From Candidatus Woesearchaeota archaeon (lineage in GTDB: Archaea; Nanobdellota; Nanobdellia; Woesearchaeales; SKGA01), in the NCBI GenBank assembly GCA_016926395.1, contig JAFGOT010000035.1, forward strand, positions 692 through 64,691: a stretch of DNA of 64,000 bases, written 5' to 3'. Under the pieces are notes generated by a model. That model saw only the letters and a list, made by a program, of their open reading frames with translations, had not been told where the DNA came from and made no database searches. The position numbers and the translations under genes were made by a program. Shown here piece after piece: positions 49,285 to 58,686 of this stretch (its first letter is position 1; every line of letters begins with the position of its first letter).

Positions 49285-50191
49285 TCTAATATGGTTTATT
49301 AACTTATTAGACAAGAATTTTCACTTACACATATTTCCAAGAGATCGAATTTTTTCTCTAGACTCTAATGATTTGGTTATTTTTAAGAATAGAAAACTTG
49401 TTTTAAACACGAACCGTTATGGATTTGACATGTTCTATTTTTGTTGTTCTTTTGATTACTTAAATGAACATTATTTTTGTTTTCAAGCATCCAAGTTGAA
49501 TAAAGATCTTTCTCACTCTTCGTTTATTTGTATCATTGATTCAAAAAATAACCTTGTTAAAAAAATATCTGCTAAAGAATTAGGTTTTTCATCATTTTCT
49601 TCGTTACAGGTGTTAGTTGATGATAAACCAATCTTATATTTCTGTGCAGACAATAACAAACAATTTTCATTATATTCTTTGATTTTGGAAGATATTGGTT
49701 TATATTCAAAACCTACTTTGTTACGAAGGGATATTTTTCAGTTCAGTATTTTTAGCTTTAAAAATAAATTTATAATAATTTACAAAAAATCTAATGATAC
49801 TTCTTTGAATGCCGTGAAAACTGCCGACTTTTTACATTTTTCAGATTGGAAACTAAATTTAATAACTGCTGAAGATTTTGTTTTTATTGATAATCCATCC
49901 ATTGTACAAAATGATTCAACTATACATTTATTTTGTAGAATTTCTCATCATAGTGCCTTAGAATCTAATATAATATCTTTCACTTCTTCAGATGCGCATA
50001 CTTTTAATCAGTCATCTGTTAGATTGTTACCTTTACACAATCGTTATGAACGACATTCTACCGCTTTTCCATTTGTTACAACTTTTGATGGTAAATTTCG
50101 TCTATATTATACAGCTTATTGGGGATTTCATTTGTTGAATAAATTAACAATAAAGAGATGGGTTAATAATAAACGTTCTTCAGGTAAATAA
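49262..50191 (+). CDS. Hypothetical protein, possibly a beta-propeller glycoside-hydrolase-like fold
   Basis: Beta-rich with NPSIV, TSSDA.TF and FPFV...LYY patterns; weak call. Confidence 0.5.
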   Translation: MLKQLKNNLIWFINLLDKNFHLHIFPRDRIFSLDSNDLVIFKNRKLVLNTNRYGFDMFYFCCSFDYLNEHYFCFQASKLNKDLSHSSFICIIDSKNNLVKKISAKELGFSSFSSLQVLVDDKPILYFCADNNKQFSLYSLILEDIGLYSKPTLLRRDIFQFSIFSFKNKFIIIYKKSNDTSLNAVKTADFLHFSDWKLNLITAEDFVFIDNPSIVQNDSTIHLFCRISHHSALESNIISFTSSDAHTFNQSSVRLLPLHNRYERHSTAFPFVTTFDGKFRLYYTAYWGFHLLNKLTIKRWVNNKRSSGK

Positions 50192-50192
50192 A

Positions 50193-50870
50193 ATGGTAAT
50201 TAAAAAATTAAAGATTTATGGTAAGTTGGCTAATCGCGAGAGTTTGAAAGATTACATTTCTAAAATAAAAAACAATCCTAACACTCTAAAATTGCGTGTA
50301 TTAAAGCATGTTGCTTCTAATATGGCTGATGTTCATTTTTTAGATGTTGGTGCCCAAATGGGTGCTTACCTTTTTCATCTAAGCAAAGAGAATAATTTCA
50401 AACAGCTTGATGGTATTGATATTGAACCAGAATTTATTTCTCTTGGGAATAAATATTTAGTCAATGGGCTTGATAATGTAAACTTGTCTTTGACAAATCT
50501 ATTTGATATTAATAATAAGAAATATGATTTAATTTTTATGTCCGAAGTTATTGAGCATGTTGATAATCCTTTAGCTTTTATTACGAAAATATATTCTTTA
50601 CTTGAGGCAGGGGGACACTTTGTAATAACCACGCCTTCAGGTAATAGTCTAACAAATATACTTTTGAATATTAAGCATTTTAAAGATTTATCTTATATTG
50701 AGAATGAAAAAAGAGGTTTTGGCACGGAAACAGACCATTATTATTGTTGGGACAAATTGACTTTATTCCGTCTTTGTAATAGTGTTGGTTTTAAGTATGT
50801 TGACCATCGCATCTCAAATCGTTTCAGACCTATAAAAGGTCAATCAATCATCTTAATTGTTAAGAAATAA
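50193..50870 (+). CDS. Class I SAM-dependent methyltransferase
   Basis: FLDVGAQMG, GIDI, EVIEHV and GG..VITTP. Confidence 0.9.
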   Translation: MVIKKLKIYGKLANRESLKDYISKIKNNPNTLKLRVLKHVASNMADVHFLDVGAQMGAYLFHLSKENNFKQLDGIDIEPEFISLGNKYLVNGLDNVNLSLTNLFDINNKKYDLIFMSEVIEHVDNPLAFITKIYSLLEAGGHFVITTPSGNSLTNILLNIKHFKDLSYIENEKRGFGTETDHYYCWDKLTLFRLCNSVGFKYVDHRISNRFRPIKGQSIILIVKK

Positions 50871-52341
50871 ATTTTGATTTTAATTCTTTTATTTCTTTAA
50901 CTGTAACTGTTTTGGTTGTTATTAATATTGAACAGTAAATTATAGCAAGAACCAAAACAAATAATGCTCCAGAAATTAAATTATTAATTTTGAACTGTGA
51001 ATTAATTATGATTCCTATTGCTGTGGTTATTGCTCCGATAAAAATTACTAGAAAATGACCTTTATTAAATGTAACTTTTGTTTTGCTTTTAACGTGAATA
51101 AAACCAAGTACAAACATTAATGTGTACCCAATTACTGTTGTAATTGCAGCTCCTTTAAGCCCTAATGCAGGTATTAACAAAAGATTTAGCAAAAAGTTTA
51201 TTGCTCCTCCGAAAAGAGTGTACTGAGCAATTTTTTTTGTTTCACCTATTGCAAACAAAACATTGAAATTGGTCGTTGATAAAAGACCCATTAATCCTGC
51301 AAAAATTAATATTTTTAATACGGCACCTCCTGCGATATATTGTTTACCGAAAAGAAGGATTACTATTTCCTTTGATAGTATTGTTATTATTCCAACCAAT
51401 GGTAATGTTACCAACAATAAGTATTTGTAGATTTGTTCAATTCCTTCCTTGAGATGTGTATACATTTTTTTTGCCCACAACTCAGATGTCATAGGTATCA
51501 TAACTGTGCTAACTGCGGTACTGACATATATTAGAATACTTGATATTGGAACTGCAGAATTATATATTCCAACGTCTGACGTTGTTTTTAGTATTGAAAT
51601 CATAAATGTATCTATGTTTTGCAGAAGTAATCCGCCTAATGATGCAAATATTGTTGGAAGTCCAAAAGTCCAAAGTTGTTTTGTTATTGATTTATTTTTG
51701 TTTATTCTTTTTATTTTTGGAATTAATTTTTTTCCAAACCATGAAAAATAGAGAACTAACAAAGTCAATGAAGTTATTATATATGAGAATATAGGTGCTT
51801 GGATTTTAAGACCAAATTTTAACAATGGTATGACTATTATCAGTGACAAAATTTGTCTGATGAATTGAAATGAGGCATACTTAAAATGTTTTTGAAATGC
51901 AGTTAATATTTGTGCCATTGTTTGATCAATTCCTTGAAACAAAAACAACAAACTGAACAATCTAACTTCAAAAACAAGTTCCACTGAGTGAAGATAGTGT
52001 ATTGCAATATATTTGGATAATATCAATGCTGAGGTAGCCAAAACAACACTGGTGGCACCAATAATTTTGACGCAATAATTAAACACAATTTTAGCTTCAG
52101 ATAATTTTTCATTCGCAATATATTTAGAGATATAAGTGACCAACGCTTGACCCATGCCAAGTCCTCTAAATAAAAACAATAATGACATAAATGCATAAAG
52201 TGAATAAAATAATCCATACTCTTCAACGGTTAAATTTCTTGCTAAGACCATTCTATAAACATAACCTATAACTGCACCTAGCATAGTCATTAAGAATACC
52301 CAGAAAAATCCTTTAACTGCTCTTTGAGTATAGTTTGTCAT
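50860..52341 (-). CDS. Wzx/MOP-family oligosaccharide flippase
   Basis: About 14 TMs; LARNL..EEYG, IDTFMI, VGIYN and NLLLIP..G..GAA. Confidence 0.92.
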   Translation of the reverse strand: MTNYTQRAVKGFFWVFLMTMLGAVIGYVYRMVLARNLTVEEYGLFYSLYAFMSLLFLFRGLGMGQALVTYISKYIANEKLSEAKIVFNYCVKIIGATSVVLATSALILSKYIAIHYLHSVELVFEVRLFSLLFLFQGIDQTMAQILTAFQKHFKYASFQFIRQILSLIIVIPLLKFGLKIQAPIFSYIITSLTLLVLYFSWFGKKLIPKIKRINKNKSITKQLWTFGLPTIFASLGGLLLQNIDTFMISILKTTSDVGIYNSAVPISSILIYVSTAVSTVMIPMTSELWAKKMYTHLKEGIEQIYKYLLLVTLPLVGIITILSKEIVILLFGKQYIAGGAVLKILIFAGLMGLLSTTNFNVLFAIGETKKIAQYTLFGGAINFLLNLLLIPALGLKGAAITTVIGYTLMFVLGFIHVKSKTKVTFNKGHFLVIFIGAITTAIGIIINSQFKINNLISGALFVLVLAIIYCSILITTKTVTVKEIKELKSKFIS

Positions 52342-52342
52342 T

Positions 52343-53446
52343 TCATTCCTCTATAATATTTTCAAACTTCTCAATAGTTTTTGTCCAATCAAAGTTGTTC
52401 TTCACTTTCTCTTTTATTTTTTTAGAAAATTCGCTTCTTAGTTTTTTATTTTCTAATTTTTTCAATGCTTTTTTTATTTCATCAACACTTTTAGACTTAA
52501 TTAATATTCCATTGATACCATCATCTATTATTTCATTTGTTCCACCAACGTCTGTTGCTATTATTGGCAAACCTATCGCCCCTGCTTCTAGTACGCTTGT
52601 CGGTAGTCCTTCTGAGTATGATGGGTTTACGAAAATATCTGACTCGCTTAGAATTTTAATTATTTCTTTTTGATTTTTTTGTCCTAAGAAATTAACTTTA
52701 ACTTTTAACTTGAAACTTAACTTTTCTAATTCTTTTTTATATGGTCCTTCGCCAACAACATTCAACACATAATCTTTTCCTTTTACTGCTTCTATTATGT
52801 GTTGTATTCCTTTGGCATATATTAATCTTCCAACATATGTTATTGTAGTTTTCTTATTCTTTTCACTTTTTATTTTACTAAATTGACTTGTATGTATTGA
52901 ATTATGTATTGTTGTTGTTTTTTTAGCTCCTAGTTTTTTTGAGAAAGAAACGCATTTTTTTGAAATTCCAACAACCAAATTTGCTTTGCTAATAACAAAA
53001 CGTCCTAATGTCTGATCATATATCCATGCAGCTATTGTTACAATAGGGTTTTTATGTGTTACAAACTTATTTCCATGCTCTATGTGTATAAATTTAGATT
53101 TCATTTTTTGAGCTAATTTAAGCCCAATAAATGTGCTTGTAAAGAAGCGAGTGTTGGTTATAACAACATCATATTTTTCATTTAATATTTTTTTTCTTAA
53201 TTTTTTATATTCAAAACTAAACACTTTAGGAATTGAGTATGTGTCCCCAAGAATTTCAAAACAAGGAAGGCGGATTATGTTTATATTGTTTTTTTTCTCA
53301 AATTCTTTTAGTTGTTTGTATTGAAATGTGAGAACATCAACTTTGTTACCTTTCTTGGCAAGTCCGTTTGATAGTTCTAATGCAAACTTTTCTAGTCCTC
53401 CAACGTATGGATAAAAATGATTAGCAACAATCAGTATTTTTTTCAA
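52343..53446 (-). CDS. GT4 glycosyltransferase
   Basis: PYVGGLE, YVGRL..AKG, EGLPTSVLEA and TDVGG. Confidence 0.93.
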   Translation of the reverse strand: MKKILIVANHFYPYVGGLEKFALELSNGLAKKGNKVDVLTFQYKQLKEFEKKNNINIIRLPCFEILGDTYSIPKVFSFEYKKLRKKILNEKYDVVITNTRFFTSTFIGLKLAQKMKSKFIHIEHGNKFVTHKNPIVTIAAWIYDQTLGRFVISKANLVVGISKKCVSFSKKLGAKKTTTIHNSIHTSQFSKIKSEKNKKTTITYVGRLIYAKGIQHIIEAVKGKDYVLNVVGEGPYKKELEKLSFKLKVKVNFLGQKNQKEIIKILSESDIFVNPSYSEGLPTSVLEAGAIGLPIIATDVGGTNEIIDDGINGILIKSKSVDEIKKALKKLENKKLRSEFSKKIKEKVKNNFDWTKTIEKFENIIEE

Positions 53447-53465
53447 TTTTGTTTTCCCCTAAGGT

Positions 53466-53813
53466 TCATTTCTTTTTTTCTTTCTTATCAACTTCTTTGT
53501 ATGCGATTGTTCTTACTAATTTTTCTAGTTTGTTTTCCGTTTTGTTTACTTTTTGATGTAAATAAAACATTAAAACCAAGAAGAACGCAAAGCCAATTAG
53601 TGTTAGAAAGTCTATTGTTCCTGTGACGCTTAGTTTACCGCCCACTCCTGATATTATTTGAGGAAATATTGATAAAATAATCACTATCAGCCATATTCCT
53701 CCCCAGAGTGCTAATCCTTGTTTGCTAGTTTGGTTTCTTTTAAACCCATGAAATGTTAGGTAAAACATTGCTAATGCAAATAATATTCCCAAAATTTGTA
53801 TTCCAAGTACCAT
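53466..53813 (-). CDS. DUF2304-like small membrane protein
   Basis: 3 TMs plus C-terminal KLEKLVRTIA; typical partner of the adjacent GT2. Confidence 0.8.
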   Translation of the reverse strand: MVLGIQILGILFALAMFYLTFHGFKRNQTSKQGLALWGGIWLIVIILSIFPQIISGVGGKLSVTGTIDFLTLIGFAFFLVLMFYLHQKVNKTENKLEKLVRTIAYKEVDKKEKKK

Positions 53814-53823
53814 TTTTTTAGTT

Positions 53824-54522
53824 TTACTTTCCTCCTAGTAGTTGTATTGCTTTCCATTTGATCATTTGAATTAATATTTTGATTCCGTGTATTGGGGTAG
53901 TTCCTTTGTAATTATCTAAGTATATTGTTTTTATTGGTATCTCTTTATATTTTAATCCCTTTGCGTTGACTATCATTTCTGTTTCCATACCATATAGCTT
54001 AGATTCCCATCGCAACTGTTTGTACACGTTTCTTCTAAATGTTCTAAAACCTGATTGTGTGTCTCTAATTTTTGCTCCAAACATTATACGAACCAACCAC
54101 GTTAATCCCCAGTTTCCAACACTCATTAGAAATGGAGATTTTCCTTCAGAAGTCCTATATCCATACACTATGTCTGTGTTTTTTAGCGCTTCTAGAAATC
54201 TTGGTATATCTTCTGGTTCGTGTTGTCCGTCCGAATCCATCAGAATAAAGATATTGTATTTTTCTTTGTAAGCAAAGTCACAACCTGTTCTTGCCGCGTT
54301 ACCTTTTCCAAGATTTATTATGTGTCGCAAGACAACGTCTGCTTTTGATTCTTTTGCAATCTTTGAGGTATTATCTGCACTTCCATCATCGATAACTATG
54401 ATTTCTAGGTCTAATTTATTTTTTAGAGAAACATGTTTTATTCTTTTTATTACTTCAGAAATGTGTTTTTCTTCATTCCATGCAGGCATAATAACTGCTA
54501 TTTTCTTTGCCATGACAACCAC
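53824..54522 (-). CDS. GT2 glycosyltransferase (polyprenyl-phosphate sugar synthase-like)
   Basis: MPAWNEE, IDDGS, NLGKG, MDSDGQH and DTQSGFR. Confidence 0.93.
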   Translation of the reverse strand: MVVMAKKIAVIMPAWNEEKHISEVIKRIKHVSLKNKLDLEIIVIDDGSADNTSKIAKESKADVVLRHIINLGKGNAARTGCDFAYKEKYNIFILMDSDGQHEPEDIPRFLEALKNTDIVYGYRTSEGKSPFLMSVGNWGLTWLVRIMFGAKIRDTQSGFRTFRRNVYKQLRWESKLYGMETEMIVNAKGLKYKEIPIKTIYLDNYKGTTPIHGIKILIQMIKWKAIQLLGGK

Positions 54523-54562
54523 ATAACTAGACTTACTTAATAATTCTTTTAAAAATAAAATG

Positions 54563-54589
54563 AAGGTAACTTCTAGAATCTGTTACCTT
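54563..54589. terminator. Inverted repeat just 3' of aglB (possible terminator or processing hairpin)
   Basis: AAGGTAAC (54563-54570) and GTTACCTT (54582-54589). Confidence 0.4.
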
Positions 54590-54604
54590 TGTTTTTGTAT
54601 TTAA

Positions 54605-57388
54605 TTATTGTTCACTACTTAAATTTACTTTGTAAACAATTATTCTTTGACCTGTAAAGTCTGTTATGTCGCTTAGTACTTCATAACCTTTCATCCCAAC
54701 ACCTTCAAAGAAGAACAATCTTGTAAACGCTCCCGTTCCCATTACAGTATCGCTGATTATTGCTTTTACTCCTTTTGGAGTATTCGCAACCGCTAATTCG
54801 TAGTCAAGTGTACTGCTTGGTATTTGGTATGTTTTTGTTTCTTCTTCAGTTATTATGCTAACTTCTTTTGGTACTAAAGAATCACCACTACCAACTTTTT
54901 GGTTGCCGTTATATAGTCCAATACTGATTTTTGTGTTTAGAGGATTATTCTTTGGAATTGTCGCTGTTTCCATAACGACTTGTCCGCCTTGTTGTTGTCC
55001 TATGACTTGGTTAATTGAACAAGTATACTCTGTTGCTGTTTCTTTACATGATTTTGCATTTGCGGTCACGTAATTTGGCCAAGGGCTAATCCAGCTATCA
55101 ACCGATCTACTATCTGCAAGAGTATTGATTTCATAGTACATATTGTTTAAAGTATCTTCATCATATGGGCTTTGTTCTAATAATATTTGAAGTGCTTTGT
55201 CGTACGGTTTATTTTTGAATGTGTTGTATACGAACGCTTTATCAAAATCCCAACTTCCAAAGTGGGCCCAAACGCCTGCTTTTCCTACCATGTCTTGAGA
55301 TGTGATGTAGTATTGATCTAAAAGTTCACTATCATCGCAATGAGTCTTTTCTAACACGCTGTTTGCTTCGCTTTCGCTAAGACCTATTCCCAAAAGATTT
55401 GCTTTTGCTTCATCTTTTGTTTGGTAGATTATTTCATTTATTTTTTTACTTGCTAAATAACTGTTATTTGTATATTCAAATATTCTCTCATATCCTTTGT
55501 TTTGACCGCAGTTAAGCATTCGAAGAATTGCTTTGTTTTCAGTTAGATTTTCAGTCATTAAACTTTTTCCAACCCAATATATTCTCTTGCCTTGGTCTCC
55601 ACCATCAAATGTTACTCTTGTTTCTGCAACATTAACAAACCAATGTCCAAAATCCCACCAACTAGTTATTATTCCGTCATTAGTGTCATTTTTAATTGTT
55701 GTCAGACTGTTATACCATGCATCGTTCATACTTGGAACTTCACCTATTGCTACTGCATTAGCAGATTTTATTGGTGCGATAAATAATATTAAAATCAAAA
55801 CAATTAGTGTTATTTGAGTTGCGATTTTTGGTATTTGCATACTTTTTTTTATCCACACACTTCCTTTTGTCCATAGTATTCCAAAGAATACTCCAAATGC
55901 AATTGCGAAAGGTGCTGCAAGTAATGCTATGAATCTTGATGCAATAACTCCCATTATTGCAATTCCAATAAACCAAAATGTTAACAATGCTGCATATCTT
56001 ATTTCTGGTTTTCCACTTTCTGTTTTTATGAAAAAAGTTAGTAACACTCCAAGAAGACCTATGGTGAATAATACTTTACCACCAACTGAGGCGATAACTT
56101 GCGCCCAGCTTCCTGCATTTAGCTCTGCCACTGTTGTTAAAACGTTTGGCCAGATGTTGCTTCCTGTTGCAACGTTTTTTATGTGGAGGGCCATTATAGG
56201 TCCTGCAAGCATTTGTTTTGTCGGTTCAAATATGTTTTGAACGAATGAATTGTTACTAACTGATGTCAGTCCTACAATTGCCAGTATCAATCCTGATATT
56301 AATAGGAACGAGATACCAACTATTATTGCTTGTCCACCACTTGTTTTTGTTATTTCTTTGAAGTTTTTACTGTTGTATTTATTCCATTCTTTATTGATGA
56401 TTAATGAGTATATGAAATGAACTCCTAAGACTCCTAGTAATAAACTTCCGATGTACCACCAGTATGACCAACTGTATCTAAATAAAACAATCCCTATTGC
56501 TGATATGCTTGTCCAGATCATTTTTTGTTTTATGTCTTTTGCTGTCATTGCTTCAAGGGCTGTCCAGGCAATTAGAAGTGGGAACATTATTATGTATGAA
56601 TCCGTATCTGAAAATCCTGCAGGTGTCCTGCCAAGTAGTGCGGTGTTAAGTGCGATTGCTAATCCTGCTACAAATCCTGCTACATTCCCGCCTATTTTTC
56701 TTGCTAAGAAAAAAGCAAAAATAATTGCTAGTGATATAAGAATTACAGGCAAGATGAACATTGCTCTTTGTAGTGTGAAATCTTTATTGAATATTGATCC
56801 TATTTTATGTACTAATACTCCTAATGCTGGATGAATACTAAATCCTGTTGGTCTTGCTTCTCGGCCGTTTCTTAGACTAAAGCTTTGTTTTCCATCTACT
56901 ATTTCATCTCCTTGAAATCCGTTTGCTTCTATGTTTTTTGCTTGTGAATACCATAAATATGGGTCTATTGCCAGAAGATATGTGTTGTCGTTTTCATCTT
57001 GTAATTGTGATTTAAAATATTTTGACGTTTGTTCTACTTGTTTGTTATAATCTTCCTTCTGGGCGGTTATAACTTTGTCTACTTCTTCGTTGATTAGTTG
57101 CTGTTTTTGTGCTGTTGGGAGATTTGGATATTGGCTGCTTACTTGACTACTTACTTGGCTTGATATTTGATTTTTTATGCTATCCTCGGCCCATTTATCT
57201 GTTGCTGGTAAGTCTGACGGGTACATCCTAAAAAATGTACTAAGTCCTATTGCAACAAGGATTAATACTACAATTAACCATTTCTCGTTTTGTTTGTTTT
57301 TAAAGAAATTAACTTTTCCTGTTTTGCTTTCTTCAGTAGAATTGTTTGTTTTTTGTTTTTTTTCGTGCTTTGTATGTCTCTTTGCCAC
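54605..57388 (-). CDS. aglB: Oligosaccharyltransferase AglB (STT3 family)
   Basis: DPY, GFSDTD, TTVAE and the catalytic SWWDFGH; multi-TM N-half. Confidence 0.95.
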   Translation of the reverse strand: MAKRHTKHEKKQKTNNSTEESKTGKVNFFKNKQNEKWLIVVLILVAIGLSTFFRMYPSDLPATDKWAEDSIKNQISSQVSSQVSSQYPNLPTAQKQQLINEEVDKVITAQKEDYNKQVEQTSKYFKSQLQDENDNTYLLAIDPYLWYSQAKNIEANGFQGDEIVDGKQSFSLRNGREARPTGFSIHPALGVLVHKIGSIFNKDFTLQRAMFILPVILISLAIIFAFFLARKIGGNVAGFVAGLAIALNTALLGRTPAGFSDTDSYIIMFPLLIAWTALEAMTAKDIKQKMIWTSISAIGIVLFRYSWSYWWYIGSLLLGVLGVHFIYSLIINKEWNKYNSKNFKEITKTSGGQAIIVGISFLLISGLILAIVGLTSVSNNSFVQNIFEPTKQMLAGPIMALHIKNVATGSNIWPNVLTTVAELNAGSWAQVIASVGGKVLFTIGLLGVLLTFFIKTESGKPEIRYAALLTFWFIGIAIMGVIASRFIALLAAPFAIAFGVFFGILWTKGSVWIKKSMQIPKIATQITLIVLILILFIAPIKSANAVAIGEVPSMNDAWYNSLTTIKNDTNDGIITSWWDFGHWFVNVAETRVTFDGGDQGKRIYWVGKSLMTENLTENKAILRMLNCGQNKGYERIFEYTNNSYLASKKINEIIYQTKDEAKANLLGIGLSESEANSVLEKTHCDDSELLDQYYITSQDMVGKAGVWAHFGSWDFDKAFVYNTFKNKPYDKALQILLEQSPYDEDTLNNMYYEINTLADSRSVDSWISPWPNYVTANAKSCKETATEYTCSINQVIGQQQGGQVVMETATIPKNNPLNTKISIGLYNGNQKVGSGDSLVPKEVSIITEEETKTYQIPSSTLDYELAVANTPKGVKAIISDTVMGTGAFTRLFFFEGVGMKGYEVLSDITDFTGQRIIVYKVNLSSEQ

Positions 57389-57785
57389 GTTTTACCACCC
57401 ATTATGAGCATTATTTTATACTTCCTTTGCTATTTGCTTTCCATTTATATCTTTTTGGTGTTTTTTTGATTTTTTGAGTTGTATTTTTTCTTTCTTGATT
57501 TTCTAATTAGGCACTATTTTTCATTTCCGTGATTCTCTTTGAAATGTCTGATTTGGCCAGTTTCAGAAGTTGTGTTTATTAATTTTGCGTTAGCTTTTTA
57601 TCTTTTCTTTGTTTTTCACTATTTTTCCTGTTGGTGTTTATCTTTGTATTTATAAATAGGACTTCGTTCGTGTTGTCCTAGCACGGTAGTTACATACAGA
57701 AAGATTTAAATATTAGTTGTATCTACTATATAGTAGTGTTCGATATTCTTATCGAGTATTTCATAAAAAGAGGGTTGAAATCAAA

Positions 57786-58310
57786 ATGGAAAAAAATTAT
57801 CTTGCGCTAGATGCGCAGTCTAAAAAAATGGCTAAATTAAAGACATATCTTATTGGCGGCGCTATTGCTCTAGGTACTGCTGGAATCATGTATTTCGCAA
57901 TGAAAAACAATTCTAAAGAAACGCCTGTAAATTACAACAATAATATTCCTGCTGTTATCATTAATGGTAGTAATATTGATGTTAATGCTCCTATCACTGT
58001 AATTCAAAATCAAACAACTGTCTCTGATGGTAGTGCTTTAGTAATTACTGCTCCGTATCATGTTGGAAATTCTTCCTGTGATTCTTGTTATACTTTAACT
58101 AATCCTGTTGATACTCTTCCAGCTGATGATCTTACTAAAAAAGTAATAATTAACACTGAAAAAAAAGAAGAAAAAAAGAAAGAGAATAAGAAAAAAGAAA
58201 CTAAAATTATTTCTTCAATCGACGATTGTGTTGGCGGAAAAGATCTCTTTCAAGATTCAATTTTGTTAAATGATCTTCAAAAATCTCTTTACGAGAATCA
58301 AATTAATTAA
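57786..58310 (+). CDS. Hypothetical protein with single N-terminal TM anchor
   Basis: SD GAGGG; TM YLIGGAIALGTAGIMYFAM. Confidence 0.7.
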   Translation: MEKNYLALDAQSKKMAKLKTYLIGGAIALGTAGIMYFAMKNNSKETPVNYNNNIPAVIINGSNIDVNAPITVIQNQTTVSDGSALVITAPYHVGNSSCDSCYTLTNPVDTLPADDLTKKVIINTEKKEEKKKENKKKETKIISSIDDCVGGKDLFQDSILLNDLQKSLYENQIN

Positions 58311-58323
58311 TGGGGAAATTAAA

Positions 58324-58686
58324 ATGAAACACGATAAAAATTCAAAACAAAATTATTTTACTAGATATGTTTTACCTATTGCAGGCGGTCTTGCAGTTGG
58401 TGGTGCAATTGTTTTTGGTGCTATGAAATATAATCAAAAAAATGTTACTGATTCATACACTCCTTCTGTTGAATTAGGTCACACTATTGATGCACCTATG
58501 ATTAGTTCTCCTGTAAATCAATTTTATGTTGATAAAACTTCTAATGTTGTAATTACAGGAAATTTTAATGTTGGTAATAATTCAGGTAATGCTGAAAAAA
58601 ACGTTCCAACTTCTAGCAACGTCAAAATAACTAATGGCTCTCTTGATGTTGTTGTTAATGATTCTTTAGTAATGGTGAAAAAATGA
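58324..58686 (+). CDS. Hypothetical protein with single N-terminal TM anchor (paralogue of upstream gene)
   Basis: TM YVLPIAGGLAVGGAIVFGAM; shares VIT....VGN.S. Confidence 0.7.
   Translation: MKHDKNSKQNYFTRYVLPIAGGLAVGGAIVFGAMKYNQKNVTDSYTPSVELGHTIDAPMISSPVNQFYVDKTSNVVITGNFNVGNNSGNAEKNVPTSSNVKITNGSLDVVVNDSLVMVKK

Noticed and set aside
57723..57736. Palindrome CTACTATATAGTAG resembling an NrdR box
   Set aside because: Single copy, different spacing from the 16-bp box, and upstream of surface genes. It may be another operator but is unsupported.
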